Shown here one piece after another: positions 17,695-26,631 of a stretch of 36,538 nucleotides of DNA. The position numbers were made by a program, and so were the translations under genes. This DNA is from Planctomycetota bacterium (GTDB taxonomy: Bacteria; Planctomycetota; UBA1135; GCA-002686595): assembly GCA_035546375.1 (NCBI GenBank), contig DATKBQ010000560.1, forward strand, positions 1-36,538, written 5' to 3'. Numbering within the stretch: the stretch's first letter is position 1; every line of letters begins with the position of its first letter. The notes under the pieces were generated by a model that had not been told where the DNA came from, ran no database searches, and worked only from the letters and a program-made list of their open reading frames with translations.

Positions 17695-18357
17695 ATGCGG
17701 CTCGCGATCGTGATCGGCGCCGCGGCCATGGCGGGGGCCGCGCGGGTGCTCGCGCTCGTTCCGCACCTGGCCGCGGAGCACGAGCTCGAGATCTTCGCGG
17801 AGCGCGCGGGCGAGCTGCCCGGCGTCCGGCGTGTGCGGCCCGTGACGGAGCTCACGCCGCGCGAGCTCGACCACGTCGTGTTCGTGGTCGAGAACGAGCC
17901 CGGCTGCGGCTTCATGCTGCCGCTGGTGCGCGAGCTCGGTGGCACCGTTGCGCTCGAGCAATGGTCGCTTGCCCGCGCCGCGCGCGCGGCCTACGCCGAG
18001 CTGGATCGCCCGGGGCTGCGGGGAACCGTGCGCGCTTGGCGCGAGGGCGGCTTGGCCGGCCTATCGGCTTGGCGCCGCGGCCAGTTCGGCGAGCTGGCCT
18101 TCAACCGCTCCGCCGTGCGCTTCGCCGACAGCTTCATCGTCCCGAGCGAGGAGCTGCGACGCCGCGTGCTCGTCGAGCGCAACGCGCCGACGCCGATCGG
18201 CGTCATCGAGCCGCAGGCCGACGCTGCATCCCAGGCGTGCGCCTGGACCGAGATCTTCGGCCGCTTTCCCAGCCCCCGTTCCGCGCGCAAGACGCTCTTC
18301 CGCCTGCGCGTGCAGCAGGCCCTCGAGCGCCGGCGCCGCGCGTCCAGCGCTGGCTAG
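17695..18357 (+). CDS. Hypothetical protein resembling only the N-terminal Rossmann half of a GT4 glycosyltransferase
   Basis: ATG lies 4 nt after the MetAP stop. Position-3 G/C is high. MRLAIVIG start and a later FADSFIVPSEELRRRV...PIGVI segment resemble the GT4 N-domain. No C-terminal catalytic half is present. It ends in a CTAG shared with the mutS stop. Confidence 0.55.
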   Translation: MRLAIVIGAAAMAGAARVLALVPHLAAEHELEIFAERAGELPGVRRVRPVTELTPRELDHVVFVVENEPGCGFMLPLVRELGGTVALEQWSLARAARAAYAELDRPGLRGTVRAWREGGLAGLSAWRRGQFGELAFNRSAVRFADSFIVPSEELRRRVLVERNAPTPIGVIEPQADAASQACAWTEIFGRFPSPRSARKTLFRLRVQQALERRRRASSAG

Positions 18358-21083
18358 AGCAGCTCCCGCAGCCGCTTCAGCTCGAGCAGCGCGTCGATCG
18401 GCGACAAGCGGTCCAGGTCGAGCTTCGCGAGCGCAGCCTCGACCTTCGACTCGCGCGGACCGAAGAGCGAGAGCTGCTGCGGGCCTCGGGCACCCGACTT
18501 GGGAGCGTGGCGCGAGATGCGCGCGGTCAAGTCCTCCGAGTCCTCTTCCAGGTCGCGCAGGATCGCCCGTGCGCGCTCGAGCACCTCGGGCGGCACGCCG
18601 GCCAGGCGGGCGACATGGATGCCGTACGAGCGGTCCGTGCCGCCCTCGACGATCCGGTGCAGGAAGACGATCTCGTCGTTCCACTCGCGCACCGCGACGT
18701 TCCGATTGCACACCCCGCTCAGGCGCGCGGACAGCTCGGTCAGCTGGTGGTAGTGGGTCGCGAACAGCGTGCGCGCACGCACCTTCTCGTGCAGGTGCTC
18801 GACGATCGCCCAGGCCAGCGCCAAGCCGTCGAAGGTGCTCGTGCCGCGGCCGACCTCGTCGAGCACGACCAGCGATCGCGAGCTGGCGTTGTTCAAGATG
18901 TTCGCGACCTCGACCATCTCGACCATGAAGGTCGACTCGCCGCGGCCGATGTCATCCGAGGCGCCGACGCGCGTGAAGATCCGGTCGACGACGCCGATCT
19001 TCGCCTCGCGCGCCGGCACGAACGAGCCGATCTGCGCCAGGAGCACGATCAGCGCGGTCTGGCGGATGTAGGTCGACTTCCCGGCCATGTTCGGCCCGGT
19101 CAGGATCGTGATCCGGCGCTCGCCCGAGTCCAGGTGGCTGTCGTTCGGCACGAAGCTCTCGCCATCCGGCACGCGCTCGATCACCGGGTGGCGGCCGTCG
19201 ACGATCTTGATCGTGTCGCCGCGGTCGATCGCCGGCGCGGTGTAGCGGTTCTCAGCAGCCTTCTGCGCCAGCGCCGCGAGCACGTCGACCTGGGCCAGCG
19301 CGTGCGCGGTGTCCAGGATGCGCCCCAGCTCGGGCACGAGCGCCTCGCGCAGCTCGCAGAAGATCCGGTACTCCAGCTCGCGCGCGCGCTCCTCCGCCCC
19401 GAGCACCTTGGCCTCGAACTCCTTCAGCTCGGGCGTGACGTAGCGCTCGGCGCTCTTGACCGTCTGCTTGCGGACGTAGTCCTGCGGTGCGCGCTCCGCC
19501 TGGCCGCGCGGGATCTCGATGTAATAGCCGAAGACCGAGTTGAAGCCGACCTTGAGCCCGGCGATCCCCGTGCGCTCGACCTCCGCCGCCTGGAAGCGCG
19601 CCATCCACGAGCGCCCGTCGCCCGAGGCCGCGCGCAGCTCGTCCAGCTCGCCCGAGAAGCCCTCGCGCACGATCCCGCCGTCCTTGATCGAGAGCGGCGG
19701 GGCGTCGACCAGCGTCGCGCGGATGCGCCCGGCGACGTCCTCCAGCGGATCGAGGTCGGCGTCCAGGCGACCGAGCATCGCCGAGTAGGCGCTCTCGAGC
19801 TTGGCGCGCACCGGCGGGACCGCCGCGAGCGAGCCCGCGAGCGCCGCCAGGTCGCGCGCGTTCGCGCGGCCGGTAGAGACCTTGGCCGCCAGCCGCTCGA
19901 CGTCGAGCACCTCGCGCAGCCGCTCGCGCAGCTCCTCGCGCAGGAAGGGAGCCTCGAAGAGCTCGGCCACGCCGCGCTGGCGCTCGAGGATCGCCTCCGG
20001 CCCGCGCAGCGGCGCGAGCAGCCACTCGCGCAGGAGCCGCCCGCCCATCGGCGTCACCGTTGCGTCGAGCGTCTCGACCAGCGTGCCCTCGCGCCGGCCG
20101 TCGCGCTGGGTGCGGACCAGCTCCAGGCACGAGCGCGTGGCGCGGTCCAGGATCAAGTGATCGCCGGGCTGCACCAGGTGGATGCGGCGCACGTGCTCGC
20201 AGGCCGAGCGCTGCGTCTCTTCGAGGTACTCGACCAGCGCTCCGGCCGCGGGCACTAGGGCGGAGTCCTCCTCGACGCCGAAGCCCTCCAGCGTCGCGAC
20301 CTTGAAGTGGCGCAGCAGCGTGCGGCGCGTGGCTCCAGGATCGAAGCGCCACTCCTCGCGCTCGCTGATGCGCGGCCCGAGCTGGCGCGAGAGCTCCGCG
20401 GCCAGCTCGCCCTCGCGCTCGCGCGCCCCGGCGGGCCAGAGCAGCTCGGCGGGCTGGATGCGCGCGATCTCGTCGGCGATCTCGCCCGGAGCCAGCTCGC
20501 TGGCCGACAGGCTGCCGGTCGAGAGGTCGACCCAGGCGAGCCCCGCGCGCGCGCCGGGTCGCGAGGGGAGGTGGAGGCAGGCCAGGTAGTTGTTCTCGCG
20601 CGCGTCGAGCGCGTCCTCCTCCGTGATCGTGCCGGCGGTGACGACGCGGACGATCCCGCGCTCGACCAGCCCGCGGGCGTCGCGCGGGTCCTCGAGCTGC
20701 TCGCAGATCGCGACCTTGTGGCCGCGGCGCACCAGCTTCATCAGGTACGACTCGAAGGCGCGCACCGGCACGCCGGCCATCGGCACGGCGTCGTCGCCCT
20801 TCGAGCGCGAGGTCAGCGCGATCCCGAGCTCGCGCGAGGCGATCCGGGCGTCCTCGTCGAAGAGCTCGTAGAAGTCGCCCATGCGGAAGAAGAGCAGCGC
20901 CCCGGGCTCGGCCTTCTTGGCCCGCCAGAACTGGGCCATCATCGGACTCATGGGGGGGCTCGTCGGCGGGCTCAGCGAGCCGCCCTCGGCGGGCGGGTCG
21001 GATGCCTCGCCGGTGCGCCGGCGGCGATTCCTGGCAGGCCGCCCGGCCGGGCCCGGTGTTTCGACGAAGCTCTTCTCGGGCAT
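18354..21083 (-). CDS. mutS: DNA mismatch repair protein MutS
   Basis: N-terminal mismatch-binding motif MMAQFWRAKK...FFRMGDFYELF, Walker A ILTGPNMAGKSTYIRQ, DEVGRGTSTFDG, and a C-terminal helix. Start is ATG 21083 (44-aa Pro/Arg-rich extension) or ATG 20951. Confidence 0.97.
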   Translation of the reverse strand: MPEKSFVETPGPAGRPARNRRRRTGEASDPPAEGGSLSPPTSPPMSPMMAQFWRAKKAEPGALLFFRMGDFYELFDEDARIASRELGIALTSRSKGDDAVPMAGVPVRAFESYLMKLVRRGHKVAICEQLEDPRDARGLVERGIVRVVTAGTITEEDALDARENNYLACLHLPSRPGARAGLAWVDLSTGSLSASELAPGEIADEIARIQPAELLWPAGAREREGELAAELSRQLGPRISEREEWRFDPGATRRTLLRHFKVATLEGFGVEEDSALVPAAGALVEYLEETQRSACEHVRRIHLVQPGDHLILDRATRSCLELVRTQRDGRREGTLVETLDATVTPMGGRLLREWLLAPLRGPEAILERQRGVAELFEAPFLREELRERLREVLDVERLAAKVSTGRANARDLAALAGSLAAVPPVRAKLESAYSAMLGRLDADLDPLEDVAGRIRATLVDAPPLSIKDGGIVREGFSGELDELRAASGDGRSWMARFQAAEVERTGIAGLKVGFNSVFGYYIEIPRGQAERAPQDYVRKQTVKSAERYVTPELKEFEAKVLGAEERARELEYRIFCELREALVPELGRILDTAHALAQVDVLAALAQKAAENRYTAPAIDRGDTIKIVDGRHPVIERVPDGESFVPNDSHLDSGERRITILTGPNMAGKSTYIRQTALIVLLAQIGSFVPAREAKIGVVDRIFTRVGASDDIGRGESTFMVEMVEVANILNNASSRSLVVLDEVGRGTSTFDGLALAWAIVEHLHEKVRARTLFATHYHQLTELSARLSGVCNRNVAVREWNDEIVFLHRIVEGGTDRSYGIHVARLAGVPPEVLERARAILRDLEEDSEDLTARISRHAPKSGARGPQQLSLFGPRESKVEAALAKLDLDRLSPIDALLELKRLRELL

Positions 21084-21220
21084 TAGAGTGGGACGGCCTC
21101 GCCCTGGCCGCAGTCTAAGGAGCAGGGCCGCGGCCACCAAGCCGCCGAGCGCTGCCGAGCGCGCAGGAAGCCGGCTTCGACTCGGCGCTGACGAGCACCC
21201 GTGCATCGCCGATCGATCCC

Positions 21221-22630
21221 ATGAGCGCCGCTCCCCGCCGCCCGAGCCGTCTCGGGCGCGCCGGCGCCGGCTGCGCGCTCGCGTGCGCCCTCGCCTCCTG
21301 CGCGACCTACCCGCAGAGAACGGCCGCGGCGCTCGCGGACTTCGAGCGCGGGCACCTCGAGGCCGCGCAGCGCGCCTTCGCGGAGCCTTCCACCACCGGA
21401 TCCGCCTTCCTCGGCGGCGCCGAGGCCGGGATGGTCGCCCTGGCGGCCGGCAACTGGCGCGCGGCCGAGGAGCACCTGCAGCGCGCCGCCGCAGCCTCCC
21501 GCGAGATCGAGGAGCGGGCGCTGCTCTCCCCGGACGCGTTGGGCGAGAGCCTCGTGAACCTCGCGCTGAGCGAGCGCGCGGGCGCGTACAAGGGCGAGGG
21601 CTATGAGCGCGTGCTGGTGCACGCCTCCCTCGCGCTGGCCTATCTGGCGCAGGGCAGCCTCGACGGCGTGTTCGTCGAGGTGCAGCGCGCCAACCGCCTG
21701 CTCGAGGGCGAGGAGCGGCTCTACAAGAAGGAGTACGCCGCCGGCGGGCTCGGCCACTTCGTTTCGGCGCTCGCCTACGAGCTGCTCGATCGGCCGGACG
21801 AGGCCTACATCGACTACCGCCGCATGCAGGAGAAGGGCGTGGGCACGGAGCTCGCAGGCCGGGCGCTCGTCCGCCTTGCCTCCAGGCTGCGCTTCGACGA
21901 CGACCTGCGTCGCTGGGAGGAGCTCTACGGCCCCGACGTCGAGCGACCCGAGGGCGCAGCGAGCGTGGTCCTGATCGGCGGCGCCGGGCTCGCACCGCAG
22001 AAGCAGGAGACGACGATCCCGATCCCCACGCCCGACGGGCTCGTGCAGTGGTCGGTGCCCACTTACGTGCGGCGCTGGCAGTGGGATGGCTCGCTGGTCC
22101 TGCGCTCCGTGGGTCAGGGCCCGGGCGTGCGCGCGAGCACCATCGAGGACGTGGCCAAGGTCGCCGAGGAGAACCTCGAGGATCGCATCGTCTGGCTGGC
22201 GGCGCGCTCCGCCGTGCGAGCCGGCCTCAAGTTCGCGCTCACCCGCGAGCTGCAGCGCAAGTACGACCTCGTCGGCCGCATCGCCGGCGACGTGCTCACC
22301 TTCGTCAGCGAGCGCGCCGACCTGCGCTCCTGGCTGACCTTGCCGGCGCGCTGGAGCGCCGCGCGGCTCTTCGTCGAGCCGGGCGAGCACGAGCTGGTGG
22401 TGGAAGCCGAGGGCGGCGAGTCCCGCTCGCTCGGCCGCTTTCGCCTCGAGCCGGGCGAGACGATGATCGTGCTCGCGCGCAGCCTGGGCGGCCGGGTGCA
22501 CGCGCACGCGATCGGCGGCTTGTCGCTGCGAGCCATGGAGGGGAGCCCGCCTGCCGCGCCCAGGGGCGAGCCGCCCGAGCCCGGGAGCCCTCGAGACCAC
22601 GGGCCGCCGCAGACGCGACCCGGAGCTTGA
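21221..22630 (+). CDS. Lipoprotein with TPR-like N-terminal region (COG3014-like uncharacterised family, from memory)
   Basis: Signal peptide plus lipobox ALASC. Helical-repeat N-half and a C-half ending in a Pro-rich tail. First gene of a three-lipoprotein cluster. Confidence 0.7.
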   Translation: MSAAPRRPSRLGRAGAGCALACALASCATYPQRTAAALADFERGHLEAAQRAFAEPSTTGSAFLGGAEAGMVALAAGNWRAAEEHLQRAAAASREIEERALLSPDALGESLVNLALSERAGAYKGEGYERVLVHASLALAYLAQGSLDGVFVEVQRANRLLEGEERLYKKEYAAGGLGHFVSALAYELLDRPDEAYIDYRRMQEKGVGTELAGRALVRLASRLRFDDDLRRWEELYGPDVERPEGAASVVLIGGAGLAPQKQETTIPIPTPDGLVQWSVPTYVRRWQWDGSLVLRSVGQGPGVRASTIEDVAKVAEENLEDRIVWLAARSAVRAGLKFALTRELQRKYDLVGRIAGDVLTFVSERADLRSWLTLPARWSAARLFVEPGEHELVVEAEGGESRSLGRFRLEPGETMIVLARSLGGRVHAHAIGGLSLRAMEGSPPAAPRGEPPEPGSPRDHGPPQTRPGA

Positions 22631-22651
22631 ACCGTTGAAAAGGAGACGACG

Positions 22652-23083
22652 ATGACCGGAAACCGCAGAAGTTGGACGTGGGCCGCGCCGCTCTTCGCGC
22701 TGGCCCTGGGAGCCTGCCACACGACGCCGCGCGGCTCGCAGAACGCCTACGAGGCCAGCGAGGGCACGCACCAGATGAAGGCGATCGAGGGCAACCCGTT
22801 GCTCGCCCGGCGCCTGGAGATCACCAACCCCATCTCGCGCCGCCAGGGCGACGGGCGCCTCCAGATCCAGTTCGACCTGCGCAGCAAGACCTCGGACCCG
22901 CTGCGCTTCGCCTGGGCCATCGACTGGTACGACCCGTCGGGCTTCCGCGTCAGCGACGTCACGCGCCGCTGGGAGCCGGTCTCGCTGGGCGGCTACGGCT
23001 CGACCAACCTGTCCGCCGTCGCGCCGACCCCGGCGGCCGCGAGCTGGAAGCTGCAGGTGACCAGCCCCGACGAGGTCCAATGA
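22652..23083 (+). CDS. YcfL/DUF1425-like lipoprotein
   Basis: SD AAGGAG lies 7 nt upstream. Lipobox LGAC. The beta-sandwich-type pattern (GRLQIQFDLRSKTSDPLRFAWAIDWYDPSGFRV...W) is typical of DUF1425. Confidence 0.75.
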   Translation: MTGNRRSWTWAAPLFALALGACHTTPRGSQNAYEASEGTHQMKAIEGNPLLARRLEITNPISRRQGDGRLQIQFDLRSKTSDPLRFAWAIDWYDPSGFRVSDVTRRWEPVSLGGYGSTNLSAVAPTPAAASWKLQVTSPDEVQ

Positions 23084-23132
23084 GGCCCGCCCGGACCCTA
23101 TACTCGGCCCCTCCACCGACAGGAGATCCTCG

Positions 23133-23759
23133 ATGAAACAAACCCAGCCGCTCCTCGCCGCCTGTGCGGTCCTCCTCGCCGGCTGCGCCAGCTCGGTCAA
23201 GTACGACGACCCGGCCAAGGTCGAGACCATGACCATCGACTGGGGCTCGACGGATCTGCAGACCATGGCCGGCGCGATGGTGAACTCGATGATCCTCTCG
23301 CCGAACCTGGCCTACCTCGAGCGCTCGGGCAAGGGCGACGACAAGCGGATCATCGTCTACACCGGCAGGATCACCAACCGCACGAGCGAGCACATCGACA
23401 CCGAGGCGATCAACGACCGCGTGCGCACCGCTCTCGTGCAGAGCGGGAAGTTCCGGCTGGCGCCCACGCCGCAGGGACAGGACGAGCTGGCCGAGCAGGT
23501 GCGCTTCCAGCAGGGCTCCGGCCGCGTCGACCCGTCCCAGGCCGCGGCCTTCGGCAAGCAGATCGGCGCGGACGCGGTGCTGGTCGGGAACCTGCGCTCG
23601 ATCGAGAAGACCAAGGACCGCAGCTTGGCCGATCCCGAGCGCCGCGACGACGTCTTCTACCAGTTCACGATGGAGCTGGTGAACGTGGAGACCGGCGAGG
23701 TGATCTGGTCGGAGCTCAAGGACATCCGCAAGACCCGGAAGAAGGGCCTGTTCGGCTAG
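23133..23759 (+). CDS. LpoB-like lipoprotein (COG3417 penicillin-binding protein activator LpoB family)
   Basis: SD AGGAG lies 7 nt upstream. Lipobox LAGC. Family-typical motifs: DWGSTDLQTMAGAMVNSM, GRITNRTSEHIDTEAINDRVRTALVQSGKF, GADAVLVGNL, FTMELVNVETGEVIW. Confidence 0.8.
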   Translation: MKQTQPLLAACAVLLAGCASSVKYDDPAKVETMTIDWGSTDLQTMAGAMVNSMILSPNLAYLERSGKGDDKRIIVYTGRITNRTSEHIDTEAINDRVRTALVQSGKFRLAPTPQGQDELAEQVRFQQGSGRVDPSQAAAFGKQIGADAVLVGNLRSIEKTKDRSLADPERRDDVFYQFTMELVNVETGEVIWSELKDIRKTRKKGLFG

Positions 23760-23837
23760 AGAGAGGCCCGCCGCGGCGGGGGGAATGCGGAGGCGCTCCG
23801 CGCGCATTCCGATCGGCCCCTCGCCGGCAGGCTCGAG

Positions 23838-24251
23838 ATGGACCCGAACCCAGGAGAGACCGTGCAGACCCCGCTCGAAATCACGTTCTCCGAGATGGAT
23901 CGCGATCCGGCCATCGAGGCCAGGATCGAAGAGAAGGCCGCCGGTCTCGAGAAGTACTACGGACGGATCACGCGCTGCCGCGTGGTCGTCAAGGCCCCCC
24001 ACCGCCACCACCACACGGGAAACCTCTACCACGTGCGCGTCGACATCACGGTCCCGCGCGGCGAGATCGTCGTCAACCGTGAGCCGACCCGCCAGAAGGC
24101 GCACTCCGACATCAACGTGGCGATCCGCGACGCCTTCTCCTCGGCGCGCCGCCGCCTCCAGGACTTCGTGCGCAAGCAGCGGGGGGACACGAAGGTCCAC
24201 ACGATGGCGCCCCAGCCGCGGGCCCCGAAGCGGACGCCCAAGGTGCTGTGA
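23838..24251 (+). CDS. hpf: HPF/RaiA (S30AE, sigma-54 modulation protein) family ribosome-associated factor, short form
   Basis: LEITFSEMD...IEARIEEKAAGLEKYYGRITRCRVVV...YHVRVDITVPRGEIVV...DINVAIRDAFSSARRRLQDF fits the family beta-alpha-beta-beta-beta-alpha pattern. An alternative GTG start at 23862 has a good SD (AGGAGA, 4-nt spacing) and may be the real one. Confidence 0.8.
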   Translation: MDPNPGETVQTPLEITFSEMDRDPAIEARIEEKAAGLEKYYGRITRCRVVVKAPHRHHHTGNLYHVRVDITVPRGEIVVNREPTRQKAHSDINVAIRDAFSSARRRLQDFVRKQRGDTKVHTMAPQPRAPKRTPKVL

Positions 24252-24399
24252 GCCGCCTGCTCGGCCCCTTCGGACGGCGGCCGGGCCCACCCCCGGCGGC
24301 CCCGCGACTGCGCCCCGGCGACCCGGGCGCCGGCGCCAGGCGGGCGGTCCCCGCCGAGCGCGCCGCCCGGGGGCCGGGGGCGTCCTAAGCCCCGGTGCG

Positions 24400-24603
24400 A
24401 GGGAGGGTTACGCCTCCCTGGGCGCGGCGGGCCGAATCCGCGTTCGGTTGGCGGCCGGATTTCGCTCTTTCAGGTGCGAGCCACGCGGCTCGCGGCAGAA
24501 CCGAGACACCAAACCTCCTGAACACTCCAGACTGACGGACACTCCTAGAGCTTCTTCTTCCACTCCGAACTCGGACCCGCCCCCTGGCGGGTCCGAGTTT
24601 TTT
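24400..24603 (+). ncRNA. Candidate small RNA, or a processed hpf 3'UTR; the 5' end is unknown
   Basis: No ORF with coding bias. Hairpins at 24400..24419 (AGGGAGG/CCTCCCT) and 24476..24493 (GCGAGCC/GGCTCGC). A G-poor ~75-nt stretch follows, carrying ACCTCCT (24513..24519) and three CACTCC copies (24523, 24540, 24561). It ends in a canonical intrinsic terminator. Confidence 0.35.
24569..24603 (+). terminator. Rho-independent terminator
   Basis: Perfect 13-bp stem ACTCGGACCCGCC (24569..24581) / GGCGGGTCCGAGT (24586..24598), CCCT loop, then a run of T to 24603. Confidence 0.7.
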
Positions 24604-24748
24604 CGCACCCGCCGGCCGAGACCCCCCTCTGTGCCAACGGGGGCTGCGGAAAATCGCAGGAAAGTCCCGTTCGGTCCGCTCCCCGCCCCGGCTCCTGGGC
24701 ATGCAGCCATCAAGCTGCGCTGGGGATCCTAAACTCTTCTCGATGCCG

Positions 24749-24786
24749 CAAGCCCGCCGGTCTTGACCGGCGGGCTTGTGTTTCGT
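24749..24786 (+). terminator. Second terminator-like hairpin, 160 nt upstream of the pckA start
   Basis: CAAGCCCGCCGGTC (24749..24762) / GACCGGCGGGCTTG (24765..24778) are exact complements. They are followed by TGTTTCGT, an interrupted T tract. Confidence 0.45.
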
Positions 24787-24942
24787 CACCGCTCCTCCCG
24801 GGCCCTGGGCGGGGGAGCGCACCGCGCGGACGGGGCCGCGGGGCCTGCCCGCGGGGTTGGTCGGATCTGGGAGGCTTGCGTATCCTGTCGGATCCTCCCG
24901 ACCCTCCGCGGCGATCGCGGAGCCTGCATCGGGCACGAACGC

Positions 24943-26631
24943 ATGGCGCCCCGCACCCAAGCGAAGAAGTCCGCTTCGTTCGCCTCCGACCTCGAGCGGC
25001 TGCTCGGGCTCGCGGGGGTCGATTACCACTACGGGCTGGACAAGCCGCAGCTCTTCCACGAGGCGATCCGCCACGATCGCGGCCGTGTGAGGAAGGGCGG
25101 GCCGCCGGACGCCCAGAAGGCCTTCGCCACCAAGCTCGGGGACCGCGGTCCGCTGGTCTTCTACACCGACCCCGACTGCACGGGACGGCGCGTCAAGGAC
25201 ACCTATGCCGTCGGCTGGCCCGAGGTCGACGAGCGGATCTGGTGGAAGGACGACCTCAAGCGCTACGACCCCGAGGCCTACCTGGGGCTCTTTGCGCGCG
25301 TCGTCGAGCACCTGAACGCGAAGGCGGCGCGGCTCTACGTCAAGGACGTCTACGTCGGCTCGGACCCCGCGTACGCGATCCCCTACCGATTCGTGGGCGA
25401 GTACGCGACGCACGCGATGTTCGCCCACAACATGTTCCCCAAGGACCTCGAGGGCGTGGCCGACGAGGCCGGCCGGCGCTGGACGATGCTCAACGCGCCG
25501 AGCTTCACGTGCGAGCCGGAGCGCGACGGCTGCCGCTCCGAGGTGGCGATCGTGATCGACGTCAGGAACCGCATCTGCCTGGTCGCCGGCCGCGCCGATT
25601 ACAACGGCGCGGTCAAGAAGACGATCTTCACCGTGATGAACCTGCTCCTGCCGGACCAGGGGATCCTCTCGATGCACTGCTCGGCCAACGTGGGCGAGCG
25701 CGGGGACGCGGCGATCCTGTTCGGACTCTCGGGCACCGGCAAGACCACGCTCTCGGCCGATCCCAAGCGGCGCCTGATCGGCGACGACGAGACGGCCTGG
25801 AGCGATCGAGGCCTGTTCAACCTGGAGGATGGCTGCTACGCGAAGCTGATCGACCTCAACAAGGAGGCCGAGCCGGTCATCGCCGCCGCCTTGAGCGAGC
25901 CGGGCACGATCATCGAGAACGTCCCGCCCCTGCCCGGCCGGCGCATGGAGGATCTCGACCCCCAGGAGCTGGACCTCACGGACCGCTCGATCACCGAGAA
26001 CACGCGCTTCTCGTACCCCTTGAGCGCCATCCCCAAGGTGATGGAGGGCGCGCGCGGCCCGCACCCCGAGACGATCGTCCTGCTAACGGCCGACGCGTTC
26101 GGCGTGCTTCCGCCCGTCGCCGTGCTCGAGGGGCGCGACGTGATGTACCACTTCGCCTCGGGCTTCACCGCCAAGCTCGCCGGGACCGAGGTCGGGGTCA
26201 CGGAGCCTCAGGCTGCCTTCAGCGCCTGCTTCGGCGCGCCGTTCATGGCCCAGCGGCCATCGGTCTACGCCGCACTCCTGCGCGAGAAGATGGAGCGCCA
26301 CCATGCGCGGTGCATCCTCTTGAACACGGGCTGGAGCGGCGGCCCCTACGGGGTGGGCAAGCGCATCTCGATCCGCCACACGCGGGCTCTGCTCGACGCG
26401 GCGTTGCGCGGCGATCTCGACCCCGGCAAGGTCGAGCACGAGGTACATCCGGTGTTCCACCTGCGCATTCCTCGCTCCTGCCCGGGCGTGCCCGCGGAGA
26501 TCCTCGATCCGCGCAACACGTGGAAGGACAAGGCGGCCTACGACGCGGCTGCGGTGAAGCTGCGCGACCTGTTCCGCAAGAACTTCGAGTCGAAGGGCTT
26601 CGCGCAACTCGGGATCGAGCCGGTCATCTAG
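24943..26631 (+). CDS. pckA: Phosphoenolpyruvate carboxykinase (ATP)
   Basis: ATG at 24943. Kinase-1a loop FGLSGTGKTTLS, IGDDE.AW, the GCYAK region, and RISIRHTRALLDAAL at the C-terminus. 562 aa. Confidence 0.95.
   Translation: MAPRTQAKKSASFASDLERLLGLAGVDYHYGLDKPQLFHEAIRHDRGRVRKGGPPDAQKAFATKLGDRGPLVFYTDPDCTGRRVKDTYAVGWPEVDERIWWKDDLKRYDPEAYLGLFARVVEHLNAKAARLYVKDVYVGSDPAYAIPYRFVGEYATHAMFAHNMFPKDLEGVADEAGRRWTMLNAPSFTCEPERDGCRSEVAIVIDVRNRICLVAGRADYNGAVKKTIFTVMNLLLPDQGILSMHCSANVGERGDAAILFGLSGTGKTTLSADPKRRLIGDDETAWSDRGLFNLEDGCYAKLIDLNKEAEPVIAAALSEPGTIIENVPPLPGRRMEDLDPQELDLTDRSITENTRFSYPLSAIPKVMEGARGPHPETIVLLTADAFGVLPPVAVLEGRDVMYHFASGFTAKLAGTEVGVTEPQAAFSACFGAPFMAQRPSVYAALLREKMERHHARCILLNTGWSGGPYGVGKRISIRHTRALLDAALRGDLDPGKVEHEVHPVFHLRIPRSCPGVPAEILDPRNTWKDKAAYDAAAVKLRDLFRKNFESKGFAQLGIEPVI

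Noticed and set aside
23784-23810. Hairpin after the LpoB-like gene (GAATGCG...CGCATTC), considered as a terminator.
   Set aside because: The stem is interrupted and has no T tract. The next gene (hpf) follows within 30-50 nt on the same strand. I cannot distinguish a terminator from an incidental GC palindrome.
24449-24465. TGGCGGCCGGATTTCGC, which resembles a sigma-54 -24/-12 promoter upstream of the candidate sRNA.
   Set aside because: With GG fixed at -24, the -12 GC dinucleotide is displaced by 2 nt, and the TTGC core reads TTTCGC. The spacing is incompatible with the consensus.
24659-24667. GGAAAGTCC, identical to the universally conserved CR-I/P4 core of RNase P RNA.
   Set aside because: The flanks do not resemble RNase P RNA. 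There is no CR-V ACAGAAxxCGGCUUA-like element. Only ~280 nt remain before pckA, and they contain a terminator hairpin. This is a chance 9-mer.
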